Assembly: GCA_964057225.1 (NCBI GenBank)
Contig: OZ059898.1
Coordinates: 434,001 to 498,000 of the forward strand
Direction: 5' to 3'
DNA length: 64,000 nt
Source: Auanema rhodensis
Lineage: Eukaryota; Animalia; Nematoda
Under the pieces are notes generated by a model. That model was not told the origin of the DNA, did not search any database, and saw only the letters and a list, made by a program, of their open reading frames with translations. The translations under genes and the position numbers were made by a program. How positions within the stretch are numbered: position 1 is the stretch's first letter; each line of letters starts with the position of its first letter. Of this stretch, positions 13,201 through 24,900 are shown one piece after another.

Positions 13201-16200
13201 TTCACGTGAAGCGAGTTACATACCAAGTGCACATCACGTGTACATTTAATTAGCATAAATTAAAGTTCACGTAAATTTCAAAGTCATGGTTACCATGAAC
13301 CAATATCAATAAAAATTTGTTTTTAGACTAATATGGACATGGGGAATCTAATTTTGAAAACCGCATCTCTTTATCTTTCACGCGAAGCGAGTTACATACC
13401 AAGTGCACATCACGTGTACATTTAATTAGCATAAATTAAAGTTCACGTAAATTTCAAAGTCATGGTTACCATGAACCAATATCAATAAAAATTTGTTTTT
13501 AGACTAATATGGACATGGGGAATCTAATTTTGAAAACCGCATCTCTTCAATTTTCACGTGAAGCGAGTTACATACCAAGTGCACATCACGTGTACATTTA
13601 ATTAGCATAAATTAAAGTTCACGTAAATTTCAAAGTCATGGTTACCATGAACCAATATCAATAAAAATTTGTTTTTAGACTAATATGGACATGGGGAATC
13701 TAATTTTGAAAACCGCATCTCTTTATCTTTCACGTGAAGCGAGTTACATACCAAGTGCACATCACGTGTACATTTAATTAGCATAAATTAAAGTTCACGT
13801 AAATTTCAAAGTCATGGTTACCATGAACCAATATCAATAAAAATTTGTTTTTAGACTAATATGGACATGGGGAATCTAATTTTGAAAACCGCATCTCTTT
13901 ATCTTTCACGTGAAGCGAGTTACATACCAAGTGCACATCACGTGTACATTTAATTAGCATAAATTAAAGTTCACGTAAAATTCAAAGTCATGGTTACCAT
14001 GCACCAATATCAATAAAAATTTGTTTTTAGACTAATATGGACATGGGGAATCTAATTTTGAAAACCACATCTCTTTATCTTTCACGTGAAGCGAGTTACA
14101 TACCAAGTGCACATCACGTGTACATTTAATTAGCATAAATTAAAGTTCACGTAAATTTCAAAGTCATGGTTACCATGAACCAATATCAATAAAAATTTGT
14201 TTTTAGACTAATATGGACATGGGGAATCTAATTTTGAAAACCGCATCTCTTTATCTTTCACGTGAAGCGAGTTACATGCCAAGTGCACATCAAGTGTACA
14301 TTTAATTAGCATAAATTAAAGTTCACGTAAATTTCAAAGTCATGGTTACCATGAACCAATATCAATAAAAATTTGTTTTTAGACTAATATGGACATGGGG
14401 AATCTAATTTTGAAAACCGCATCTCTTTATCTTTCACGTGAAGCGAGTTACATACCAAGTGCACATCACGTGTACATTTAATTAGCATAAATTAAAGTTC
14501 ACGTAAATTTCAAAGTCATGGTTACCATGAACCAATATCAATAAAAATTTCTTTTTAGACTAATATGGACATGGGGAATCTAATTTTGAAAACCGCATCT
14601 CTTTATCTTTCACGTGAAGCGAGTTACATACCAAGTGCACATCACGTGTACATTTAATTAGCATAAATTAAAGTTCACGTAAATTTCAAAGTCATGGTTA
14701 CCATGCACCAATATCAATAAAAATTTGTTTTTAGACTAATATGGACATGGGGAATCTAATTTTGAAAACCGCATCTCTTTATCTTTCACGTGAAGCGAGT
14801 TACATACCAAGTGCACATCACGTGTACATTTAATTAGCATAAATTAAAGTTCACGTAAATTTCAAAGTCATGGTTACCATGAACCAATATCAATAAAAAT
14901 TTGTTTTTAGACTAATATGGACATGGGGAATCTAATTTTGAAAACCGCATCTCTTTATCTTTCACGTGAAGCGAGTTACATACCAAGTGCACATCACGTG
15001 TACATTTAATTAGCATAAATTAAAGTTCACGTAAAATTCAAAGTCATGGTTACCATGCACCAATATCAATAAAAATTTGTTTTTAGACTAATATGGACAT
15101 GGGGAATCTAATTTTGAAAACCGCATCTCTTTATCTTTCACGTGAAGCGAGTTACATACCAAGTGCACATCACGTGTACATTTAATTAGCATAAATTAAA
15201 GTTCACGTAAATTTCAAAGTCATGGTTACCATGAACCAATATCAATAAAAATTTGTTTTTAGACTAATATGGACATGGGGAATCTAATTTTGAAAACCGC
15301 ATCTCTTTATCTTTCACGTGAAGCGAGTTACATACCAAGTGCACATCACGTGTACATTTAATTAGCATAAATTAAAGTTCACGTAAATTTCAAAGTCATG
15401 GTTACCATGAACCAATATCAATAAAAATTTGTTTTTAGACTAATATGGACATGGGGAATCTAATTTTGAAAACCGCATCTCTTTATCTTTCACGTGAAGC
15501 GAGTTACATACCAATTGCACATCACGTGTACATTTAATTAGCATAAATTAAAGTTCACGTAAATTTCAAAGTCATGGTTACCATGAACCAATATCAATAA
15601 AAATTTGTTTTTAGACTAATATGGACATGGGGATTCTAATTTTGGAAATCGCATCTCTTTATCTTTCACGTGAAGCGAGTTACATACCAAGTGTACATCA
15701 AGTGTACATTTAATTAGCATAAATTAAAGTTCACGTAAATTTCAAAGTCATGGTTACCATGAACCAATATCAATAAAAATTTGTTTTTAGACTAATATGG
15801 ACATGGGGATTCTAATTTTGAAAATCGCATCTCTTTATCTTTCACGTGAAGCGAGTTACATACCAAGTGCACATCACGTGTACATTTAATTAGCATAAAT
15901 TAAAGTTCAAGTAAATTTCAAAGTCATGGTTACCATGAACCAATATCAATAAAAATTTGTTTTTAGACTAATATGGACATGGGGAATCTAATTTTGAAAA
16001 CCGCATCTCTTTATCTTTCACGTGAAGCGAGTTACATACCAAGTGCACATCACGTGTACATTTAATTAGCATAAATTAAAGTTCACGTAAATTTCAAAGT
16101 CATGGTTACCATGAACCAATATCAATAAAAATTTGTTTTTAGACTAATATGGACATGGGGATTCTAATTTTGAAAATCGCATCTCTTTATCTTTCACGTG

Positions 16201-16718
16201 AAGCGAGTTACATATTAAGTGTACATCAAGTGTACATTTAATTAGCATAAATTAAAGTTCACGTAAATTTCAAAGTCATGGTTACCATGCACCAATATCA
16301 ATAAAAATTTGTTTTTAGACTAATATGTACATGGGGAATCTAATTTTGAAAACCGCATCTCTTTATCTTTCACGTGAAGCGAGTTACATACCAAGTGCAC
16401 ATCACGTGTACATTTAATTAGCATAAATTAAAGTTCACGTAAATTTCAAAGTCATGGTTACCATGAACCAATATCAATAAAAATTTGTTTTTAGACTAAT
16501 ATGGACATGGGGAATCTAATTTTGAAAACCGCATCTCTTTATCTTTCACGTGAAGCGAGTTACATACCAAGTGCACATCACGTGTACATTTAATTAGCAT
16601 AAATTAAAGTTCACGTAAATTTCAAAGTCATGGTTACCATGCACCAATATCAATAAAAATTTGTTTTTAGACTAATATGGACATGGGGAATCTAATTTTG
16701 AAAACCGCATCTCTTTAT

Positions 16719-19667
16719 CTTTCACGTGAAGCGAGTTACATACCAAGTGCACATCACGTGTACATTTAATTAGCATAAATTAAAGTTCACGTAAATTTCA
16801 AAGTCATGGTTACCATGCACCAATATCAATAAAATATTGTTTTTAGACTAATATGGACATGGGGAATCTAATTTTGAAAACCGCATCTCTTTATCTTTCA
16901 CGTGAAGCGAGTTACATACCAAGTGCACATCACGTGTACATTTAATTAGCATAAATTAAAGTTCACGTAAATTTCAAAGTCATGGTTACCATGCACCAAT
17001 ATCAATAAAAATTTGTTTTTAGACTAATATGGACATGGGGAATCTAATTTTGAAAACCGCATCTCTTTATCTTTCACGTGAAGCGAGTTACATGCCAAGT
17101 GCACATCAAGTGTACATTTAATTAGCATAAATTAAAGTTCACGTAAATTTCAAAGTCATGGTTACCATGAACCAATATCAATAAAAATTTGTTTTTAGAC
17201 TAATATGGACATGGGGAATCTAATTTTGAAAACCGCATCTCTTTATCTTTCACGTGAAGCGAGTTACATACCAAGTGCACATCACGTGTACATTTAATTA
17301 GCATAAATTAAAGTTCACGTAAATTTCAAAGTCATGGTTACCATGAAGCAATATCAATAAAAATTTGTTTTTAGACTAATATGGACATGGGAAATCTAAT
17401 TTTGAAAACCGCATCTCTTTATCTTTCACGTGAAGCGAGTTACATACCAAGTGCACAACACGTGTACAATTAATTAGCATAAATTAAAGTTCACGTAAAT
17501 TTCAAAGTCATGGTTACCATGAACCAATATCAATAAAAATTTGTTTTTAGACTAATATGGACATGGGGAATCTAATTTTGAGAACCGCATCTCTTTATCT
17601 TTCACGTGAAGCGAGTTACATACCAAGTGCACATCACGTGTACATTTAATTAGCATAAATTAAAGTTCACGTAAAATTCAAAGTCATGGTTACCATGCAC
17701 CAATATCAATAAAAATTTGTTTTTAGACTAATATGGACATGGGAAATCTAATTTTGAAAACCGCATCTCTTTATCTTTCACGTGAAGCGAGTTACATACC
17801 AAGTGCACATCACGTGTACATTTAATTAGCATAAATTAAAGTTCACGTAAATTTCAAAGTCATGGTTACCATGAACCAATATCAATAAAAATTTGTTTTT
17901 AGACTAATATGGACATGGGGAATCTAATTTTGAAAACCGCATCTCTTTATCTTTCACGTGAAGCGAGTTACATACCAAGTGTACATCACGTGTACATTTA
18001 ATTAGCATAAATTAAAGTTCACGTAAATTTCAAAGTCATGGTTACCATGCACCAATATCAATAAAAATTTGTTTTTAGACTAATATGGACATGGGGAATC
18101 TAATTTTGAAAACCGCATCTCTTTATCTTTCACGTGAAGCGAGTTACATACCAAGTGCACATCACGTGTACATTTAATTAGCATAAATTAAAGTTCACGT
18201 AAATTTCAAAGTCATGGTTACCATGAACCAATATCAATAAAAATTTGTTTTTAGACTAATATGGACATGGGGAATCTAATTTTGAAAACCGCATCTCTTT
18301 ATCTTTCACGTGAAGCGAGTTACATACCAAGTGCACATCACGTGTACATTTAATTAGCATAAATTAAAGTTCACGTAAATTTCAAAGTCATGGTTACCAT
18401 GCACCAATATCAATAAAATATTGTTTTTAGACTAATATGGACATGGGGAATCTAATTTTGAAAACCGCATCTCTTTATCTTTCACGTGAAGCGAGTTACA
18501 TACCAAGTGCACATCACGTGTACATTTAATTAGCATAAATTAAAGTTCACGTAAATTTCAAAGTCATGGTTACCATGCACCAATATCAATAAAAATTTGT
18601 TTTTAGACTAATATGGACATGGGGAATCTAATTTTGAAAACCGCATCTCTTTATCTTTCACGTGAAGCGAGTTACATGCCAAGTGCACATCAAGTGTACA
18701 TTTAATTAGCATAAATTAAAGTTCACGTAAATTTCAAAGTCATGGTTACCATGAACCAATATCAATAAAAATTTGTTTTTAGACTAATATGGACATGGGG
18801 AATCTAATTTTGAAAACCGCATCTCTTTATCTTTCACGTGAAGCGAGTTACATACCAAGTGCACATCACGTGTACATTTAATTAGCATAAATTAAAGTTC
18901 ACGTAAATTTCAAAGTCATGGTTACCATGAAGCAATATCAATAAAAATTTGTTTTTAGACTAATATGGACATGGGAAATCTAATTTTGAAAACCGCATCT
19001 CTTTATCTTTCACGTGAAGCGAGTTACATACCAAGTGCACAACACGTGTACAATTAATTAGCATAAATTAAAGTTCACGTAAATTTCAAAGTCATGGTTA
19101 CCATGAACCAATATCAATAAAAATTTGTTTTTAGACTAATATGGACATGGGGAATCTAATTTTGAAAACCGCATCTCTTTATCTTTCACGTGAAGCGAGT
19201 TACATACCAAGTGCACATCACGTGTACATTTAATTAGCATAAATTAAAGTTCACGTAAATTTCAAAGTCATGGTTACCATGAACCAATATCAATAAAAAT
19301 TTGTTTTTAGACTAATATGGACATGGGGAATCTAATTTTGAAAACCGCATCTCTTTATCTTTCACGTGAAGCGAGTTACATACCAAGTGTACATCACGTG
19401 TACATTTAATTAGCATAAATTAAAGTTCACGTAAATTTCAAAGTCATGGTTACCATGCACCAATATCAATAAAAATTTGTTTTTAGACTAATATGGACAT
19501 GGGGAATCTAATTTTGAAAACCGCATCTCTTTATCTTTCACGTGAAGCGAGTTACATACCAAGTGCACATCACGTGTACATTTAATTAGCATAAATTAAA
19601 GTTCACGTAAATTTCAAAGTCATGGTTACCATGAACCAATATCAATAAAAATTTGTTTTTAGACTAA
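16719..19667. repeat. Terminal 9-mer/8-mer duplication in satellite A next to the junction
   Basis: The rare aaaatattg variant lies at 16836 and 18420 (1584 = 9x176), each followed by the same variant series. The second copy lacks the monomer starting at 17599. Confidence 0.8.
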
Positions 19668-19670
19668 GCG
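19656..19670. other. Direct junction between satellites A and B with TAA microhomology (19665-19667)
   Basis: Sequence reads gtttttagacTAAgcgtttctc. A normally continues agacTAAtatgg; B is normally preceded by tttttgtatTAAgcg. There are no inserted bases. Confidence 0.95.
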
Positions 19671-19819
19671 TTTCTCAATGTAGTATAGTGCATTCGATGC
19701 GGATTTTTAAGCTGCGTCGATCTGTGTCAAAATGTTTTTGGAAGCAATGTTGAGTGTACATGGAAACTCAACATACACTAATGCATCATTTTTTAAACGA
19801 TCATAACTAATTTTTGTAT
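19665..19819. repeat. Truncated first satellite-B monomer (155 bp; internal 196-bp deletion)
   Basis: gatctgTGTcaaaatg at 19719-19734 fuses monomer positions 61-63 (TGT) to 257-259 (TGT). The next monomer starts at 19820, 155 bp later. Confidence 0.95.
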
Positions 19820-20199
19820 TAAGCGTTTCTCAATGTAGTATAGTGCATTCGATGCGGATTTTTAAGCTGCGTCGCTCTGTGTTATCAGATTTGCGCTAGC
19901 TTAAAAATGCACCGAGATATCAACTGATATAAGTTCACACTTATATCCTCGATTTTCACCCTGAAGAATTAATTTTTTTGTTGAATAACATTGTCCATCG
20001 TCTTTGCCTTGAAAAAAGGAATCTAAAAACATCTACTTTTTGCCAAATTATTTTGAAATTTTTCGAAAAAAGTTTTGTCAAAATGTTTTTGGAAGCAATG
20101 TTGAGTGTACATGGAAACTCAACATACACTAATGCATCATTTTTCAAACGATCATAACTAATTTTTGTATTGAGCGTTTCTCAATGTAGTATAGTGCAT

Positions 20200-20266
20200 T
20201 CGATGCGGATTTTTAAGCTGCGTCGATCTGTGTTATCAGATTTGCGCTAGCTTAAAAATGCACCGA
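20200..20266. other. Large imperfect inverted repeat in each satellite-B monomer (representative copy)
   Basis: atttttaagct pairs with agcttaaaaat (11 bp perfect), gcg with cgc, and atctg with cagat around a tgttat loop. The outer arms are tcgatgc and gcaccga. Confidence 0.85.
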
Positions 20267-20276
20267 GATATCAACT

Positions 20277-20298
20277 GATATAAGTTCACACTTATATC
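20277..20298. other. Perfect 9-bp hairpin in the satellite-B monomer (representative copy)
   Basis: gatataagt-tcac-acttatatc. Confidence 0.9.
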
Positions 20299-20400
20299 CT
20301 CGATTTTCACCCTGAAGAATTAATTTTTTTGTTGAATAACATTGTCCATCGTCTTTGCCTTGAAAAAAGGAATCTAAAAACATCTACTTTTTGCTAAATT

Positions 20401-20435
20401 ATTTTGAAATTTTTCGAAAAAATTTTTGTCAAAAT
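20401..20435. other. A/T-tract quasi-palindrome in the satellite-B monomer (representative copy)
   Basis: The core tttttcgaaaaa is a 12-bp perfect palindrome inside outer arms attttga and tcaaaat. Confidence 0.75.
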
Positions 20436-20448
20436 GTTTTTGGAAGCA

Positions 20449-20476
20449 ATGTTGAGTGTACAAGGAAACTCAACAT
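20449..20476. other. Perfect 9-bp hairpin with 10-nt loop in the satellite-B monomer (representative copy)
   Basis: atgttgagt-gtaca(t/a)ggaa-actcaacat. Confidence 0.9.
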
Positions 20477-21925
20477 ACACTAATGCATCATTTTTTAAAC
20501 GATCATAACTAATTTTTGTATTAAGCGTTTCTCAATGTAGTATAGTGCATTCGATGCGGATTTTTAAGCTGCGTCGATCTGTGTTATCAGATTTGCGCTA
20601 GCTTAAAAATGCACCGAGATATCAATTGATATAAGTTCACACTTATATCCTCGATTTTCACCCTGAAGAATTAATTTTTTTGTTGAATAACATTGTCCAT
20701 CGTCTTTGCCTTGAAAAAAGGAATCTAAAAACATCTACTTTTTGCTAAATTATTTTGAAATTTTTCGAAAAAATTTTTGTCAAAATGTTTTTGGAAGCAA
20801 TGTTGAGTGTACAAGGAAACTCAACATACACTAATGCATCATTTTTTAAACGATCATAACTAATTTTTGTATTAAGCGTTTCTCAATGTAGTATAGTGCA
20901 TTCGATGCGGATTTTTAAGCTGCGTCGCTCTGTGTTATCAGATTTGCGCTAGCTTAAAAATGCACCGAGATATCAACTGATATAAGTTCACACTTATATC
21001 CTCGATTTTCACCCTGAAGAATTAATTTTTTTGTTGAATAACATTGTCCATCGTCTTTGCCTTGAAAAAAGGAATCTAAAAACATCTACTTTTTGCCAAA
21101 TTATTTTGAAATTTTTCGAAAAAAGTTTTGTCAAAATGTTTTTGGAAGCAATGTTGAGTGTACATGGAAACTCAACATACACTAATGCATCATTTTTCAA
21201 ACGATCATAACTAATTTTTGTATTGAGCGTTTCTCAATGTAGTATAGTGCATTCGATGCGGATTTTTAAGCTGCGTCGATCTGTGTTATCAGATTTGCGC
21301 TAGCTTAAAAATGCACCGAGATATCAACTGATATAAGTTCACACTTATATCCTCGATTTTCACCCTGAAGAATTAATTTTTTTGTTGAATAACATTGTCC
21401 ATCGTCTTTGCCTTGAAAAAAGGAATCTAAAAACATCTACTTTTTGCTAAATTATTTTGAAATTTTTCGAAAAAATTTTTGTCAAAATGTTTTTGGAAGC
21501 AATGTTGAGTGTACAAGGAAACTCAACATACACTAATGCATCATTTTTTAAACGATCATAACTAATTTTTGTATTAAGCGTTTCTCAATGTAGTATAGTG
21601 CATTCGATGCGGATTTTTAAGCTGCGTCGATCTGTGTTATCAGATTTGCGCTAGCTTAAAAATGCACCGAGATATCAATTGATATAAGTTCACACTTATA
21701 TCCTCGATTTTCACCCTGAAGAATTAATTTTTTTGTTGAATAACATTGTCCATCGTCTTTGCCTTGAAAAAAGGAATCTAAAAACATCTACTTTTTGCTA
21801 AATTATTTTGAAATTTTTCGAAAAAATTTTTGTCAAAATGTTTTTGGAAGCAATGTTGAGTGTACAAGGAAACTCAACATACACTAATGCATCATTTTTT
21901 AAACGATCATAACTAATTTTTGTAT

Positions 21926-24900
21926 TAAGCGTTTCTCAATGTAGTATAGTGCATTCGATGCGGATTTTTAAGCTGCGTCGATCTGTGTTATCAGATTTGC
22001 GCTAGCTTAAAAATGCACCGAGATATCAATTGATATAAGTTCACACTTATATCCTCGATTTTCACCCTGAAGAATTAATTTTTTTGTTGAATAACATTGT
22101 CCATCGTCTTTGCCTTGAAAAAAGGAATCTAAAAACATCTACTTTTTGCCAAATTATTTTGAAATTTTTCGAAAAAAGTTTTGTCAAAATGTTTTTGGAA
22201 GCAATGTTGAGTGTACATGGAAACTCAACATACACTAATGCATCATTTTTCAAACGATCATAACTAATTTTTGTATTGAGCGTTTCTCAATGTAGTATAG
22301 TGCATTCGATGCGGATTTTTAAGCTGCGTCGATCTGTGTTATCAGATTTGCGCTAGCTTAAAAATGCACCGAGATATCAACTGATATAAGTTCACACTTA
22401 TATCCTCGATTTTCACCCTGAAGAATTAATTTTTTTGTTGAATAACATTGACCATCGTCTTTGCCTTGAAAAAAGGAATCTAAAAACATCTACTTTTTGC
22501 TAAATTATTTTGAAATTTTTCGAAAAAATTTTTGTCAAAATGTTTTTGGAAGCAATGTTGAGTGTACAAGGAAACTCAACATACACTAATGCATCATTTT
22601 TTAAACGATCATAACTAATTTTTGTATTAAGCGTTTCTCAATGTAGTATAGTGCATTCGATGCGGATTTTTAAGCTGCCTCGATCTGTGTTATCAGATTT
22701 GCGCTAGCTTAAAAATGCACCGAGATATCAATTGATATAAGTTCACACTTATATCCTCGATTTTCACCCTGAAGAATTAATTTTTTTGTTGAATAACATT
22801 GTCCATCGTCTTTGCCTTGAAAAAAGGAATCTAAAAACATCTACTTTTTGCTAAATTATTTTGAAATTTTTCGAAAAAATTTTTGTCAAAATGTTTTTGG
22901 AAGCAATGTTGAGTGTACAAGGAAACTCAACATACACTAATGCATCATTTTTTAAACGATCATAACTAATTTTTGTATTAAGCGTTTCTCAATGTAGTAT
23001 AGTGCATTCGATGCGGATTTTTAAGCTGCGTCGATCTGTGTTATCAGATTTGCGCTAGCTTAAAAATGCACCGAGATATCAATTGATATAAGTTCACACT
23101 TATATCCTCGATTTTCACCCTGAAGAATTAATTTTTTCGTTGAATAACATTGTCCATCGTCTTTGCCTTAAAAAAAGGAATCTAAAAACATCTACTTTTT
23201 GCTAAATTATTTTGAAATTTTTCGAAAAAAATTTTTGTCAAAATGTTTTTGGAAGCAATGTTGAGTGTACATGGAAACTCAACATACACTAATGCATCAT
23301 TTTTTAAACGATCATAACTAATTTTTGTATTAAGCGTTTCTCAATGTCGTATAGTGCATTCGATGCGGATTTTTAAGCTGCGTCGATCTGTGTTATCAGA
23401 TTTGCGCTAGCTTAAAAATGCACCGAGATATCAACTGATATAAGTTCACACTTATATCCTCGATTTTCACCCTGAAGAATTAATTTTTTTGTTGAATAAC
23501 ATTGTCCATCGTCTTTGCCTTGAAAAAAGGAATCTAAAAACATCTACTTTTTGCTAAATTATTTTGAAATTTTTCGAAAAAATTTTTGTCAAAATGTTTT
23601 TGGAAGCAATGTTGAGTGTATATGGAAACTCAACATACACTAATGCATCATTTTTCAAACGATCATAACTAATTTTTGTATTAAGCGTTTCTCAATGTAG
23701 TATAGTGCATTCGATGCGGATTTTTAAGCTGCGTCGATCTGTGTTATCAGATTTGCGCTAGCTTAAAAATGCACCGAGATATCAACTGATATAAGTTCAC
23801 ACTTATATCCTCGATTTTCACCCTGAAGAATTAATTTTTTCGTTGAATAACATTGTCCATCGTCTTTGCCTTGAAAAAAGGAATCTAAAAACATCTTCTT
23901 TTTGCTAAATTATTTTGAAATTTTTCGAAAAAATTTTTGTCAAAATGTTCTTGGAAGCAATGTTGAGTGTACATGGAAACTCAACATACACTAATGCATC
24001 ATTTTTCAAACGATCATAACTAATTTTTGTATTAAGCGTTTCTCAATGTCGTATAGTGCATTCGATGCGGATTTTTAAGCTGCGTCGATCTGTGTTATCA
24101 GATTTGCGCTAGCTTAAAAATGCACCGAGATATCAACTGATATAAGTTCACACTTATATCCTCGATTTTCACCCTGAAGAATTAATTTTTTTGTTGAATA
24201 ACATTGTCCATCGTCTTTGCCTTGAAAAAAGGAATCTAAAAACATCTACTTTTTGCTAAATTATTTTGAAATTTTTCGAAAAAATTTTTGTCAAAATGTT
24301 TTTGGAAGCAATGTTGAGTGTATATGGAAACTCAACATACACTAATGCATCATTTTTCAAACGATCATAACTAATTTTTGTATTAAGCGTTTCTCAATGT
24401 CGTATAGTGCATTCGATGCGGATTTTTAAGCTGCGTCGATCTGTGTTATCAGATTTGCGCTAGCTTAAAAATGCACCGAGATATCAACTGATATAAGTTC
24501 ACACTTATATCCTCGATTTTCACCCTGAAGAATTAATTTTTTTGTTGAATAACATTGTCCATCGTCTTTGCCTTGAAAAAAGGAATCTAAAAACATCTAC
24601 TTTTTGCCAAATTATTTTGAAATTTTTCGAAAAAAGTTTTGTCAAAATGTTTTTGGAAGCAATGTTGAGTGTACATGGAAACTCAACATACACTAATGCA
24701 TCATTTTTCAAACGATCATAACTAATTTTTGTATTGAGCGTTTCTCAATGTAGTATAGTGCATTCGATGCGGATTTTTAAGCTGCGTCGATCTGTGTTAT
24801 CAGATTTGCGCTAGCTTAAAAATGCACCGAGATATCAACTGATATAAGTTCACACTTATATCCTCGATTTTCACCCTGAAGAATTAATTTTTTTGTTGAA

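Larger units (their letters stand above)
1..19667. repeat. Satellite A: head-to-tail tandem array of a 176-bp AT-rich monomer (~112 copies), open at the left window edge
   Basis: ctttcacgtgaagcgagttacatacc recurs at 1, 177, 353, 529 and onward (period 176, with a few 1-bp indels at ~1535, ~1877, ~7342, ~10030). Monomers differ at only a few sites. Hand count gives 57 G+C in 176 bp. Confidence 0.99.
19820..22978. repeat. 3-monomer (1053-bp) higher-order repeat at the start of satellite B
   Basis: The aaaaagtttt/tgcc monomer recurs every 1053 bp (ORFs at 19956, 21009, 22062), each followed by a ttgagcg+tacaagg monomer and a tcaattga+tacaagg monomer. Confidence 0.88.

Noticed and set aside
20199-20215. 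CENP-B box-like motif at ttcgatgcgg
   Set aside because: It does not fit the TTCG-N4-A-N2-CGGG spacing; only short partial matches.
20312-20476. Hammerhead ribozyme (CTGAAGA matches CUGANGA, GAAA motifs follow, and satellites of newts, schistosomes and cave crickets carry hammerheads)
   Set aside because: No stem II can form between the bases after CTGAAGA and those before any GAAA. There is no partner for stem I (ttcacc). The candidate stem III (atgttgagt/actcaacat) would put G at the cleavage position. An Infernal search with Rfam hammerhead models on a monomer dimer would settle it.
20449-20484. Helitron 3' terminus (hairpin followed by CTAA)
   Set aside because: The hairpin is AT-rich and only 3 nt from the CTRR. 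No 5' TC terminus, insertion site or Rep/helicase sequence is present.
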